Assembly: GCA_045616665.1 (NCBI GenBank)
Contig: JAZLHE010000036.1
Span: forward strand, 1,011-65,010
Direction of reading: 5' to 3'
DNA length: 64,000 nucleotides
From: Bacteroidales bacterium
GTDB lineage: Bacteria > Bacteroidota > Bacteroidia > Bacteroidales > WCHB1-69
The notes beneath the pieces were generated by a model. It made no database searches and had not been told where the DNA came from. It was given only the letters and a program-made list of their open reading frames with translations. This document shows positions 46,715 through 56,023 of the stretch, one piece after another. A program made the translations under genes and the position numbers. Within the stretch, counting starts at the first letter, position 1, and each line of letters opens with the position of its first letter.

Positions 46715-46726
46715 GATTTAATAAAA

Positions 46727-47734
46727 ATGGATGCCATTCAACTCCCAACACGACCTAAAATCTTAATTATCAGATTTAATGCCATCGGAGATATTATTTT
46801 GACCACTCCCGTTATTCGGGCGATTCATCATCAAATCAAGCAGGCGGAAATTCATATTTTAGTCAATCAAAAATACCAGAACATATTGGCAAACAATCCA
46901 TACGTTTCCAAAATTCATACTTACTCCAATAACAAGAATCAGGTTGTTGAACAATTAAAAACCGAGCAATTCAATTTTGTTTTAGACTTACAGAATACTC
47001 GTAAATCGCACAAGATTTGTCATCAACTCAACCTGCCCCATTCTTCTTTCAACAAATTAAAAATAAAGAAATTTATCTATACAAGATTAAAAATCAATAC
47101 TTTACCGCTCAATCATATTGTTGACAGGTATTTTGACGCGGCCAAGCCACTCCACATTATCAACGATGGTCAAGGTTTAGATTTTAGCATTCCACAAAAC
47201 GAACAGTTCAACACTGACCATCTCCCGATCTTTTTTGAAGATGGTTTTGTAACGCTGCTTTTAGATGCGGATAAAGGGACAAAAAGAATTCCCATCAACA
47301 AATTAATAGAAATCATTTCGATGTTATTAAAACCCGTGATTGTGATTGGTGACAAACATTTATCTGCTATTGGTAATGAACTTGTCAATCAATTTGGCGA
47401 TAAAGTTTACAATGCTTGTGGACAATTTTCATTTAACCAATATGCTTCACTAATTAAGCAAAGTTTATGTGTGCTTACGGGAGACAATGACTATATGCAG
47501 GTGGCCGCCGCACTCAGGAAACCGATTTGTTCCTTATGGGGAAGCAGTATTCCAGAATTTGGCAATTATCCGTATATGCCTAACGATAGAGAATTATTTA
47601 GGATGTTTGAAATCTGCAGCATTAAATGTCGCCCCTGCGGCAAACGCGGATTTAGAAAATGTCCGCACCGCAATTTTAAATGTATGAACCGAATTTCTTC
47701 CTCTGAAGTTGCCGAATGGATTAATCAGTTTTAA
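46727..47734 (+). CDS. Glycosyltransferase family 9 (heptosyltransferase-like)
   Basis: The N-terminus, ILIIRFNAIGDIILTTPVIRAI, is typical of GT9. C-terminal GDNDYMQVAAAL. Confidence 0.75.
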   Translation: MDAIQLPTRPKILIIRFNAIGDIILTTPVIRAIHHQIKQAEIHILVNQKYQNILANNPYVSKIHTYSNNKNQVVEQLKTEQFNFVLDLQNTRKSHKICHQLNLPHSSFNKLKIKKFIYTRLKINTLPLNHIVDRYFDAAKPLHIINDGQGLDFSIPQNEQFNTDHLPIFFEDGFVTLLLDADKGTKRIPINKLIEIISMLLKPVIVIGDKHLSAIGNELVNQFGDKVYNACGQFSFNQYASLIKQSLCVLTGDNDYMQVAAALRKPICSLWGSSIPEFGNYPYMPNDRELFRMFEICSIKCRPCGKRGFRKCPHRNFKCMNRISSSEVAEWINQF

Positions 47735-47735
47735 A

Positions 47736-48182
47736 ATGAAAAAGACCTTATTTCTCGTCATCATCTGCTTATTGTCAATTTCACTTTACGCCCAAGGAGA
47801 CCGCGTTGTGGATAGCGTGGGCAATTTAGTCTATCAATATAACCGAACGGCCAATTACATCGCACCCGGACAATGCAAGGTTACCGTTACTTTCGTGAAC
47901 GGCAAGCAGCAACTTGGCATTTCCTATCGGCAGGAAGTTTTCAAAAGCAATGTCGAGTGGATCGACATTGACCGTGGCGACACCAGTAAGTTACAGAATA
48001 TTGAGGTTGTCACAGCCAATCTCGCCCCTAACGAGACTATTGCCTGGAACTTTATCTACACAAACAAACATTTCAGGAAAGACAACGCCATTGACTTGGA
48101 GAGAGCCGGTTTTCTGCTTTTGGACAAGGATTTTGTGGTTACCAAGAAAATCATTCCCGCAAAATTAGTCAAGGCAAAATAA
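47736..48182 (+). CDS. Secreted hypothetical protein
   Basis: Signal peptide MKKTLFLVIICLLSISLYAQ. No family recognised. Confidence 0.5.
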   Translation: MKKTLFLVIICLLSISLYAQGDRVVDSVGNLVYQYNRTANYIAPGQCKVTVTFVNGKQQLGISYRQEVFKSNVEWIDIDRGDTSKLQNIEVVTANLAPNETIAWNFIYTNKHFRKDNAIDLERAGFLLLDKDFVVTKKIIPAKLVKAK

Positions 48183-48237
48183 ATGCGGGCTCAACTTTGC
48201 TTTTGAACCCGCTATCGTATAGAAATTTCAAATTAGA

Positions 48238-49482
48238 CTATTTATTTGTTCTTTCGTTTTCAGCTTCCGATTCATCAATTTCCTTTTGCAATTTGCAGGG
48301 CAGATTATCCACACACTGATGACACTTCATTTCCAGCGTGTACATACGGCCAATACAGTAATTGGAGTGCTTACAAGGACTTTTCGTCACGGACCCATCC
48401 TTAATCTTATTCATAAATTGGGTGTCGTTGACCAAAGAACGGGCCATTTGGAACGCAATAAACCCGGCATTCAGCACTTCATCCATTTGATCTTTTGAGC
48501 AAACGCCTCCCACGTAAATCAAAGGCATTTTTACCGCCTTTCTAAATTCTTTTGCCGTATCAAAGAAATACAAATCTTTATACGGTACCGTCGGGATCAT
48601 TAATCTTCCGGCGATTTTCAGTCCCAATTTAAGCCACCAGAAGGACCAGGGATTCATATAATGGGCCAAAGTTTTGAGCGGCATTGCCCCACGCATCACC
48701 GCCATAGGGGCCTTACTTACAAAACCGCCCGTAAGTACTAACGCGTGAACGCCTAATCTTTCCAATTCCTGCACCACCTTTATACATTCATCTTGCTGCA
48801 TTCCGGATTTAAAACCATCAAACATATTAACCTTTACAACCACCGCCATATCGTCTTTGGCCTGTTCCATCACTTCCTTCATCACCAACTGCATAAAGCG
48901 CATTCTATTTTCCAAAGAACCTCCGAATTTATCGTGACGATGATTGGTATAGGGCGATAAAAACTGGCTGATGAGATAACCGTGACCGGCGTGGATCTCC
49001 ACACAATCGAAACCGGCTTCGCGAGCCATATTGACTGCCTTGCCGAAATCCTTGACCAGCTCATATATTTCCTGTTCCTTCAATTTGCGAACAAGAGTTG
49101 GAGAATACAGGTTGAAACCGCCGGAAGCACCCACGGGCATACATTTACACGTATAAAAATGGGTCATATTTCCACAATGTCCAAGCTGAATGGAGGCCTT
49201 TGCACCTTCAGCGTGAATGGCATCGGTAAGTTTTTTCAAATCAGGAATGATTTCCTCACGCATCCACAACTGGCCATCAAAAGAAACGCCACTACGATTC
49301 ACCGCAGCGTATGCAATGGTGGTCATACCAATACCTCCTTTTGCCACAGCGGTGTGATAATCAAACAAATCCTGTGAAGGTTTATTGCCATAACACATAT
49401 TTTCAAAAGCGGCAGAACGAATCGATCTGTTTCTTAAAGTCATTGGTCCGATTTGACACGGAGTAAAAATTTGAGATTCCAT
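48238..49482 (-). CDS. NADH:flavin oxidoreductase (Old Yellow Enzyme family) with C-terminal Cys cluster
   Basis: TLRNRSIRSA, IQLGHCG, and GFDCVEIHAGHGYLISQFLSP. C-terminal CKHSNYC...CHQCVDNLPC. The internal ATG at 49482 is preferred. Confidence 0.8.
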   Translation of the reverse strand: MESQIFTPCQIGPMTLRNRSIRSAAFENMCYGNKPSQDLFDYHTAVAKGGIGMTTIAYAAVNRSGVSFDGQLWMREEIIPDLKKLTDAIHAEGAKASIQLGHCGNMTHFYTCKCMPVGASGGFNLYSPTLVRKLKEQEIYELVKDFGKAVNMAREAGFDCVEIHAGHGYLISQFLSPYTNHRHDKFGGSLENRMRFMQLVMKEVMEQAKDDMAVVVKVNMFDGFKSGMQQDECIKVVQELERLGVHALVLTGGFVSKAPMAVMRGAMPLKTLAHYMNPWSFWWLKLGLKIAGRLMIPTVPYKDLYFFDTAKEFRKAVKMPLIYVGGVCSKDQMDEVLNAGFIAFQMARSLVNDTQFMNKIKDGSVTKSPCKHSNYCIGRMYTLEMKCHQCVDNLPCKLQKEIDESEAENERTNK

Positions 49483-49549
49483 TTTTATATTGATTTTGAT
49501 TAATTGGCAAAAATACAAAAATAAAAGTTCATAAAACAAAAATTTTTTC

Positions 49550-49557
49550 TATCTTTG
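49550..49557 (+). promoter_or_regulatory. Putative -7 box (TATCTTTG) for guaB
   Basis: About 35 nt upstream of ATG 49592. Confidence 0.5.
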
Positions 49558-49591
49558 CACGAAATTTTTAAGTAATTAAAATTTCATCGCT

Positions 49592-51067
49592 ATGTCGTTT
49601 ATTGAAGATAGAGTACAATTGGAAGGATTAACCTTTGACGATGTCTTGCTTATTCCTTCTTACTCCAATGTTTTACCCAAAGAAGTTTGTCTTAAAACCC
49701 ATTTCACTCGGAATATTGAATTGAACACTCCGTTTATTTCCGCCGCTATGGACACAGTAACTGAAGCCACCATGGCCATTGCCATTGCAAGGGAAGGCGG
49801 TATTGGAGTTATTCATAAAAATATGCCTATTGAAGAGCAAGCCAAACAGGTTGCTTCGGTAAAACGTGCGGAAAACGGCATGATTAACAATCCCATCACC
49901 ATTCTTCCAGACAAGACCGTCGGCGATGCGCTGTCCATCATGGCAGAATATAGAATTGGCGGTATTCCGGTCGTGACGGAGAAAGGCATATTAATTGGTA
50001 TTGTCACCAACAGGGACTTGCGTTTTGAAAAAGACTTCAACAAGCGTATCGAATTAGTGATGACCCGCGAAAACCTCATCACCACTTCTCGTTCCACCAA
50101 CCTCAACGAGGCAACCGACATTTTGCAACAGCACAAGATTGAAAAATTGCCGGTCGTTGACGAGAAAGGCGTTTTAATCGGCTTAATCACCTATAAAGAT
50201 ATTACGAAGGCCAAAGACAAGCCCAATGCCTGTAAAGATGCCCAGGGTCGTTTGCGCGTTGCCGCCGGCATTGGCATTTCAAAAGAAACCATGCCGCGTG
50301 CCGAAGCATTGATTGAAGCAGGTGTGGATGCCATCGTATTGGACTCTGCGCACGGTCATTCAGAAGGTGTTTTAAATGCCCTCATCGAAGTCAGAAAACA
50401 TTTTCCGAATGTTGACATCGTGGTTGGCAATATTGCCACCGGTGATGCGGCTATTCGTTTGGCAGAAGCCGGTGCCGATGCCGTAAAAGTGGGTATTGGA
50501 CCAGGTTCTATTTGTACCACACGCGTGGTTGCCGGCGTGGGAGTGCCACAACTTAGTGCCATTTATGAAGTATATAAAGCCCTGAAAGGCACAGACGTGC
50601 CTTTGATTGCCGATGGCGGAATCCGTTATTCCGGCGATATCGTCAAGGCATTAGCCGCAGGTGCCAACAGCGTTATGTTGGGAGGTTTGTTGGCAGGCGT
50701 GGAAGAATCTCCAGGCGAAACCATTCTTTACAACGGACGTAAATTTAAGGCATACCGTGGTATGGGTTCCTTAGAGGCCATGCAACGCGGCTCCAAGGAC
50801 CGTTATTTGCAAAACGATGTGGATGACGTCAAAAAGCTGGTGCCAGAAGGAATTTCCGGACGTGTGCCGTTCAAAGGAAATTTATATGAGGTGATTTATC
50901 AAATGGCTGGCGGTTTGCGTGCCGGTATGGGTTATTGCGGCGCGGAAAACATCAATGAACTGCATCAGGCAAAATTCTGCCGTATCAGCAACGCAGGCGT
51001 TTTGGAAAGCCATCCGCACGACGTGACCATTACCAGCGAATCGCCCAACTACAGTAAAGGAAACTAA
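49592..51067 (+). CDS. guaB: IMP dehydrogenase
   Basis: [10 protein letters not shown], a CBS pair, [11 protein letters not shown] (catalytic Cys), and GGIRYSGD. Confidence 0.95.
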   Translation: MSFIEDRVQLEGLTFDDVLLIPSYSNVLPKEVCLKTHFTRNIELNTPFISAAMDTVTEATMAIAIAREGGIGVIHKNMPIEEQAKQVASVKRAENGMINNPITILPDKTVGDALSIMAEYRIGGIPVVTEKGILIGIVTNRDLRFEKDFNKRIELVMTRENLITTSRSTNLNEATDILQQHKIEKLPVVDEKGVLIGLITYKDITKAKDKPNACKDAQGRLRVAAGIGISKETMPRAEALIEAGVDAIVLDSAHGHSEGVLNALIEVRKHFPNVDIVVGNIATGDAAIRLAEAGADAVKVGIGPGSICTTRVVAGVGVPQLSAIYEVYKALKGTDVPLIADGGIRYSGDIVKALAAGANSVMLGGLLAGVEESPGETILYNGRKFKAYRGMGSLEAMQRGSKDRYLQNDVDDVKKLVPEGISGRVPFKGNLYEVIYQMAGGLRAGMGYCGAENINELHQAKFCRISNAGVLESHPHDVTITSESPNYSKGN

Positions 51068-51098
51068 AAATCCTTGATTTTTATATGGCCGTATTTTT

Positions 51099-51485
51099 TT
51101 AATTGTCTTTGAAAGAAATTTTATCTTTCGTGATAAAGGCACCGGGGAATTGGTATTGGATGCGCATCAGGAAACGATACGCGTCGATACGGTTTTTGAA
51201 ATTGCCCACCCGCACACGGAAAGTCGGTTCCATATAAGAAAGGTAAGCCGCCACTTCCGGAAAGGAAGTGGAGAATTCATTATACACGTTTTGCGCGTTT
51301 TTGCGCGTAGACGACGCCACCAACTGTATTCTGTAGCCATCAATGCCTTTGATTGACTTCCACGCATTTTGGTGAGCCTGCTCAATCGTGTCAATAATAG
51401 GTTCTTTGTCGTACTGAACTTGACTTTGTCCATACAAAAAGACACTCAACACGCAAAATAATATAAAAAATAGAATCCGTTTCAT
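51099..51485 (-). CDS. SPOR domain-containing protein
   Basis: Signal peptide MKRILFFILFCVLSVFLYGQ. SPOR-like GYRIQLVASSTRKNAQ...FRVRVGNFKNRIDA. Confidence 0.7.
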   Translation of the reverse strand: MKRILFFILFCVLSVFLYGQSQVQYDKEPIIDTIEQAHQNAWKSIKGIDGYRIQLVASSTRKNAQNVYNEFSTSFPEVAAYLSYMEPTFRVRVGNFKNRIDAYRFLMRIQYQFPGAFITKDKISFKDN

Positions 51486-51580
51486 TTTACAACACATCAA
51501 TTGGCTGCAAAAATAATGAAAAACTTTCATAGTATGAGTGAAAATTACTTAAAATTCCCAAAGTTAGATTTTCCGCATTA

Positions 51581-51617
51581 AAATAAATAAAAAGAGGATG
51601 ACTTGAAGTCACCCTCT
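51581..51617 (-). terminator. Rho-independent terminator of the Cys/His-repeat lipoprotein gene
   Basis: On the minus strand, AGAGGGTGAC-TTCAA-GTCATCCTCT (one G-U pair) followed by TTTTATTTATTTT. Confidence 0.7.
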
Positions 51618-51644
51618 TTATAATGAGTAAAAATAATTTACATA

Positions 51645-52148
51645 TTATTTGTTGTGTTGGCAACCACCTTCGTGATGACCGCAGCCACCATCGTGTTGGC
51701 AACCACCTTCGTGATGGCCACAGCCACCATCGTGTTGGCAACCGCCTTCGTGATGACCACAACCTTTGTGTTTGTTGCAGCAAGGAGCATATTCATCTAA
51801 GAAAGCTTTTTGTTCATCCAAGCTCATAGTAGCCCAATTGGCCAATTTGCCTTCCATTTCGGCTTTCTTGGCTTCGCATTCAGCTTTCTTGGCTTGCATT
51901 TCAGCCATACGGTTGTCGAAGCATTCTTTTTTCTTTGCGATTAATTCAGCTTTTCTTTCATCGGTTTGGTTTGCCCAATTTTCCCAATCAGCAACGAAAG
52001 CCTTTTCTTCTTCTGTCATTTGGCAGCAGGGTTCTTCAACGGCAGTTGAATCGATAGCTTCAGTTTCTTCAGCTGGTTCAGCTGGTTTGTTGTTGCAAGA
52101 TACGAAAACCAAGCAGCAAGCAGCAACTAATAACATTAATTTTTTCAT
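51645..52148 (-). CDS. Lipoprotein with coiled-coil middle and C-terminal Cys/His/Gly-rich tandem repeat (putative metal-binding)
   Basis: MKKLMLLVAACCLVFVSC lipobox. Lys/Glu/Ala-rich helix AEMQAKKAECEAKKAEMEGK. C-terminus CCNKHKGCGHHEGGCQHDGGCGHHEGGCQHDGGCGHHEGGCQHNK. Confidence 0.7.
   Translation of the reverse strand: MKKLMLLVAACCLVFVSCNNKPAEPAEETEAIDSTAVEEPCCQMTEEEKAFVADWENWANQTDERKAELIAKKKECFDNRMAEMQAKKAECEAKKAEMEGKLANWATMSLDEQKAFLDEYAPCCNKHKGCGHHEGGCQHDGGCGHHEGGCQHDGGCGHHEGGCQHNK
51656..51772. repeat. 39-nt tandem repeat, about 3 copies, coding (13-aa unit CGHHEGGCQHDGG)
   Basis: Units at 51656-51694, 51695-51733 and 51734-51772 are nearly identical at the DNA level. Confidence 0.9.
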
Positions 52149-52226
52149 TTTTTGTTTTTTTTTTAGAGTTAATAATAAATGTTTTTTCTTTCAAAATTTG
52201 CAGCTGCAAAAGTACAATTTTTTTTT

Positions 52227-52234
52227 TATCTTTG
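52227..52234 (+). promoter_or_regulatory. Putative -7 box (TATCTTTG) for the kdd-like gene
   Basis: About 45 nt upstream of ATG 52281. A divergent minus-strand box (TACTTTTG, 52207-52214) serves the lipoprotein gene. Confidence 0.45.
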
Positions 52235-52280
52235 CACTCGCAAATAAAAAATTAATACGAACCTTAAAAATACAATAATT

Positions 52281-53354
52281 ATGCAGAAAAAAGGCAACAA
52301 ATTCGGCACTCACCGCGTGATTGAACCGAAGGGTGTTCTTCCACAACCCGCCCAGAAAATTGACAACAACATGGACGAAATTTACGACAACGAGATTTTG
52401 ATTGATGTTCAAACCCTAAACATTGACTCAGCTTCTTTCACCGATATCCACAACTATGCCAAACAGCAAGCCGGCGAAGGCGCTCCTGTAGAAAAAGTGA
52501 TGGAAGAAGTTAAGAAAGAAATGTTGTTAAACGTTGAATTGCAAGGAAAACACCGCAATCGTCGTACTGGCTCTGGTGGTATGCTTCTCGGTAAAGTTGA
52601 AAAAATCGGTGACGCATTGAAAGGCAAAATCGATTTGAAAGAAGGCGACCGTATTGCTACCCTCGTTTCTTTGTCACTGACTCCTCTTCGCATTGACGAA
52701 ATCCTTGAAATCCGTCCCGAAATTGACCAAGTGGATATCAAGGGTAAAGCTATCCTTTTCGAAAGTGGTATCTATGCAAAGATTCCAACCGATATGCCCG
52801 AAAAATTAGCTCTTTCGGCATTGGACGTTGCAGGTGCTCCCGCACAAACTGCCAAATTGTGCCAATATGGCCAGACCGTTGTCATCCTCGGTGCCGGTGG
52901 CAAGAGCGGTATGCTCTGCTGCTACGAAGCCAAAAAGCGCGTTGGCGTAACAGGTAAGGTTATCGGTATTGCCAACAGCCCAAAATCAACCCAACGTATC
53001 AAGGAACTCGGTTTTTGCGACATCGTTGAAAGCGCTGCCGGAATGACTCCAGTTCAGGTTTATGAACTCGTTGAAAGACTGACCAATGGTCACATGGCCG
53101 ATGTCACCATCAACTGCGTGAACGTTCCTGATCAAGAAATGACTGCCATTCTTTGTACAAAAGACGACGGTATCGTTTATTTCTTCTCTATGGCCACCAG
53201 CTTCACCAAGGCTTCTCTTGGCGCAGAAGGTATCGGTGCTGACGTAAATATGATTATGGGTAACGGTTATACCAAAGGCCACGCAGAATTCACTCTTCAG
53301 GAACTCCGCGAAAGTCCGGAATTAAGAAAGATCTTTGAAGAACTTTACGCATAA
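52281..53354 (+). CDS. kdd: L-erythro-3,5-diaminohexanoate dehydrogenase-like NAD(P) dehydrogenase
   Basis: The N-terminus, GTHRVIEPKGVLPQPAQKIDNNMDEIYDNEILIDVQTLNIDSASF, matches my recollection of Kdd proteins from lysine fermenters. Rossmann motif VVILGAGGKSGM. Assigned from memory, not from a search. Confidence 0.55.
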   Translation: MQKKGNKFGTHRVIEPKGVLPQPAQKIDNNMDEIYDNEILIDVQTLNIDSASFTDIHNYAKQQAGEGAPVEKVMEEVKKEMLLNVELQGKHRNRRTGSGGMLLGKVEKIGDALKGKIDLKEGDRIATLVSLSLTPLRIDEILEIRPEIDQVDIKGKAILFESGIYAKIPTDMPEKLALSALDVAGAPAQTAKLCQYGQTVVILGAGGKSGMLCCYEAKKRVGVTGKVIGIANSPKSTQRIKELGFCDIVESAAGMTPVQVYELVERLTNGHMADVTINCVNVPDQEMTAILCTKDDGIVYFFSMATSFTKASLGAEGIGADVNMIMGNGYTKGHAEFTLQELRESPELRKIFEELYA

Positions 53355-53370
53355 GCTGAAGTTTCTTTAC

Positions 53371-53397
53371 CATAAAAAAACGCAGCCTTTGGGTTGC
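53371..53397 (+). terminator. Rho-independent terminator
   Basis: AACGCAGCC-TTTG-GGTTGCGTT followed by a T run. Confidence 0.75.
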
Positions 53398-53442
53398 GTT
53401 TTTTTATGATTCAATCCGTTGTTGGAAGACAAATTAAAATTT

Positions 53443-54180
53443 TTATGACTTTTTAAGTTTCAGCAATTCTCGTAAACGGGCAATATAAATCCTGGAAACA
53501 TTGAATTTTTCATTTTGCAGCCAAATTTCCTGATTATGAAGTCTATTAATCTTAGTGAAATTGGCCACTACCGACTTATTGACCCGAGCGAATCTGTTAG
53601 CAGGCAAACGGTCATAAAACTTTTTTAGCGTAGAACGATAAAATAAAGACCGGCCATCTTCCATCGTAATTTGCAAACTATTTCCCACGTTTTTAACGTA
53701 TTGAATATCGTCAAAGATCAATTTATGCGAAATCTTCCCGATTTTAATGAACATATATTTATCGTTAGCCTCTTGCTCACTGCCGTGATATTCGGATTTG
53801 TCTTCCATTACAATGGGCGTTAGCGGCACTCGGGGCTGATAAGCATTGGCAATTTTGATAATCTTTCCCAAAACGTCACAGAAATTCTGCTCGGTAATAG
53901 GCAAGGTCAAGACATCAAAATAATGTTTCCTTTCTTCCACTGGCACCGATTTCGCCACAAGAACAACAAAAGGAGGCAAATTGACATTGGGCATTGACTT
54001 ACAATAATCATCACTTACAAACAAGATATCAATGTCTTTTTGCGGGATTTTCTCCACCAATTCCATCTTATTCTTGATGATTAATGATATGTCGATACTG
54101 GATACATTTTTTAAATAAGCGAGCAACTGGGCTTCTGCGTCCGCGGAAGCAATACAAACAGCACTTGTCAGATTATTCAT
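53443..54180 (-). CDS. LytTR-family DNA-binding protein with receiver-like (possibly degenerate) N-terminal domain
   Basis: C-terminal LytTR block YMFIKIGKISHKLIFDDIQYVKNVGNSLQITMEDGRSLFYRSTLKKFYDRLPANRFARVNKSVVAN. The N-terminal 120 aa have a receiver-like length. Confidence 0.7.
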   Translation of the reverse strand: MNNLTSAVCIASADAEAQLLAYLKNVSSIDISLIIKNKMELVEKIPQKDIDILFVSDDYCKSMPNVNLPPFVVLVAKSVPVEERKHYFDVLTLPITEQNFCDVLGKIIKIANAYQPRVPLTPIVMEDKSEYHGSEQEANDKYMFIKIGKISHKLIFDDIQYVKNVGNSLQITMEDGRSLFYRSTLKKFYDRLPANRFARVNKSVVANFTKINRLHNQEIWLQNEKFNVSRIYIARLRELLKLKKS

Positions 54181-54440
54181 GGCAAAGGGGTTTAAGTTTT
54201 ATAAAATTCTTTGCTGCAAATATAAAAATAATTGCCTTAAAAAATTCCATTTTTATAAACAAAGTGCTATAAATGAATATTTTATATCAAATTTAACACA
54301 TTTTGTTACGTTTGCGTTAAGTTTTGGTCCATCTGCGATTTTTTAATCAATTATTTATACAAAACAGCAGTCTTTATGCTTAATATATAAGGCTACTTAA
54401 CAATATATTATCTTCCTCCATTTTTCTTGACAGCGGAAAA

Positions 54441-54483
54441 ATGAAAAAATAAACCCCAACTATCGCATAAAGTATAGTCGGGG
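54441..54483 (-). terminator. Rho-independent terminator after ftsZ
   Basis: On the minus strand, CCCCGACTAT-loop-ATAGTTGGGG (one G-U pair) followed by TTTATTTTTT. Confidence 0.7.
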
Positions 54484-54515
54484 TAACCAAATCTATAAAA
54501 TGGGAAAAGTTATTC

Positions 54516-55967
54516 TTAGTCTGGAATATCCTTGAAGAAATCCGACATATCGTTATCCAATTCAAAATTTTGTCGTGACTGTTGGATATCAAGATCTTCT
54601 TGTCTTTTGCCACGAAGAATAGCTGGCGTATTGACTAATTCATTGAAAAAGTCATTATCCTCGTAACGGTAGGCATTGTTGCCAATTCGCTGTGGACCAT
54701 ATTGTTGCATCATATCTGCCGCAGGATTTTCAGCAACCATCACAGGTTCGAAATTGCTTATTGCCTGTGGAAATTGGCTTTGTAAATTACCCGCTTGAGG
54801 CATTGACTGCTGGGCAGCCATAACAGGTTGGTTCATCACATTGGCACTATCAAAAATACCGCTCAAATCATCAACCACAGTTGTCTGTTTCGATTGATTG
54901 ACACCAAAAATAGCAGCGGCATCATCGTTAAGCGTATTGATTGGTTCTTCCTTTACCGGCTCCACCATAGTCACTTCCTTTTTAACCTCCTGATTTTCGT
55001 GCTCATAATTGGTAATGATTACGGACAAACGTACCTTAGCTCCCAAAGACTCATCCTTGGCACGACCCCAAATAACGTCGGATTCGCTCGTTTTCAATTT
55101 GTCAAATTGTTCGGTAAGTGCTTCTAATTCAGAAATCTTCAGATTTTCATCTGGACCATAACTAATGAAAAACAAGAAGTTTTGAGCCTTTGTAATCACA
55201 TCTTCGCTCAATAATGGACAATTCAAGGCATCTGTAACCACCTGATCGATACGATTTGGACCTTCTGCCTCAGCCAAGCCGAGCATAGCGTGTCCGCTAT
55301 TTTGCATAATCGCCTTAATATCATTAAAATCGATATTTTGGTCAGCATTCACCGTAATCAATTCGGCTATACATTTAACGGCATTTTTCAGGACGTCGTC
55401 GGCGTGACCAAAACCTTCTTCCACGCCTTCATCGCCGTAATATTTCATGATTTTTTGATTTTTAACGACAATCAAAGAATCAACATATTTTTCCATTTCA
55501 GCGATACCGGCTTCGGCATATTGTTCACGTTTTTTACCTTCGAACTTAAACGGGAAAGTTACAACGCCAATAGTAAGGATTCCCATTTCGTGGGCTACCT
55601 TTGCCACGACTGGTGCGGCACCTGTACCGGTTCCCTTACCCATACCGGCAGTAATGAACAACATCTGGGTTTCGTCACCGATAAATTCTTTGATTCTCTC
55701 GATGCTGTGTTCAGCCAATTCGCGACCGATTTCAGGATTGGCACCGGCACCCAAGCCAGTATCTCCCAATACCAGCTTAGAAGGAACCACATTGTTTCTC
55801 AAGGCCTGTTCATCGGTATTGCAAATCAAGAAATCCACGCCCACAATACCATCGCTATACATGTGTTTAACAGCATTACCGCCGCCGCCGCCGACACCAA
55901 TTACCTTGATAATGGAATTATTCTGTTTTGTTCCGTAGTCTGGAGTAAAATCAATTCTGTCTCTCAT
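54516..55967 (-). CDS. ftsZ: Cell division protein FtsZ
   Basis: IKVIGVGGGGGNAV and GMGKGTGTGAAPV (tubulin signature). The internal ATG at 55967 is preferred. Confidence 0.95.
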   Translation of the reverse strand: MRDRIDFTPDYGTKQNNSIIKVIGVGGGGGNAVKHMYSDGIVGVDFLICNTDEQALRNNVVPSKLVLGDTGLGAGANPEIGRELAEHSIERIKEFIGDETQMLFITAGMGKGTGTGAAPVVAKVAHEMGILTIGVVTFPFKFEGKKREQYAEAGIAEMEKYVDSLIVVKNQKIMKYYGDEGVEEGFGHADDVLKNAVKCIAELITVNADQNIDFNDIKAIMQNSGHAMLGLAEAEGPNRIDQVVTDALNCPLLSEDVITKAQNFLFFISYGPDENLKISELEALTEQFDKLKTSESDVIWGRAKDESLGAKVRLSVIITNYEHENQEVKKEVTMVEPVKEEPINTLNDDAAAIFGVNQSKQTTVVDDLSGIFDSANVMNQPVMAAQQSMPQAGNLQSQFPQAISNFEPVMVAENPAADMMQQYGPQRIGNNAYRYEDNDFFNELVNTPAILRGKRQEDLDIQQSRQNFELDNDMSDFFKDIPD

Positions 55968-56023
55968 ATTTATGTTTTTATTTTTTATCTTAATTAAGGT
56001 GTAAACTGAATGCAAGCACAAGA

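Noticed and set aside
51487-51829. ORFs 51487-51783(-) and 51623-51829(+) with WWL/RRW or HRVGNHLRDD repeats
   Set aside because: These are alternative-frame or antisense readings of the 39-nt tandem repeat. The frame giving a lipobox, a terminator and a promoter (51645-52148, minus strand) explains the region.
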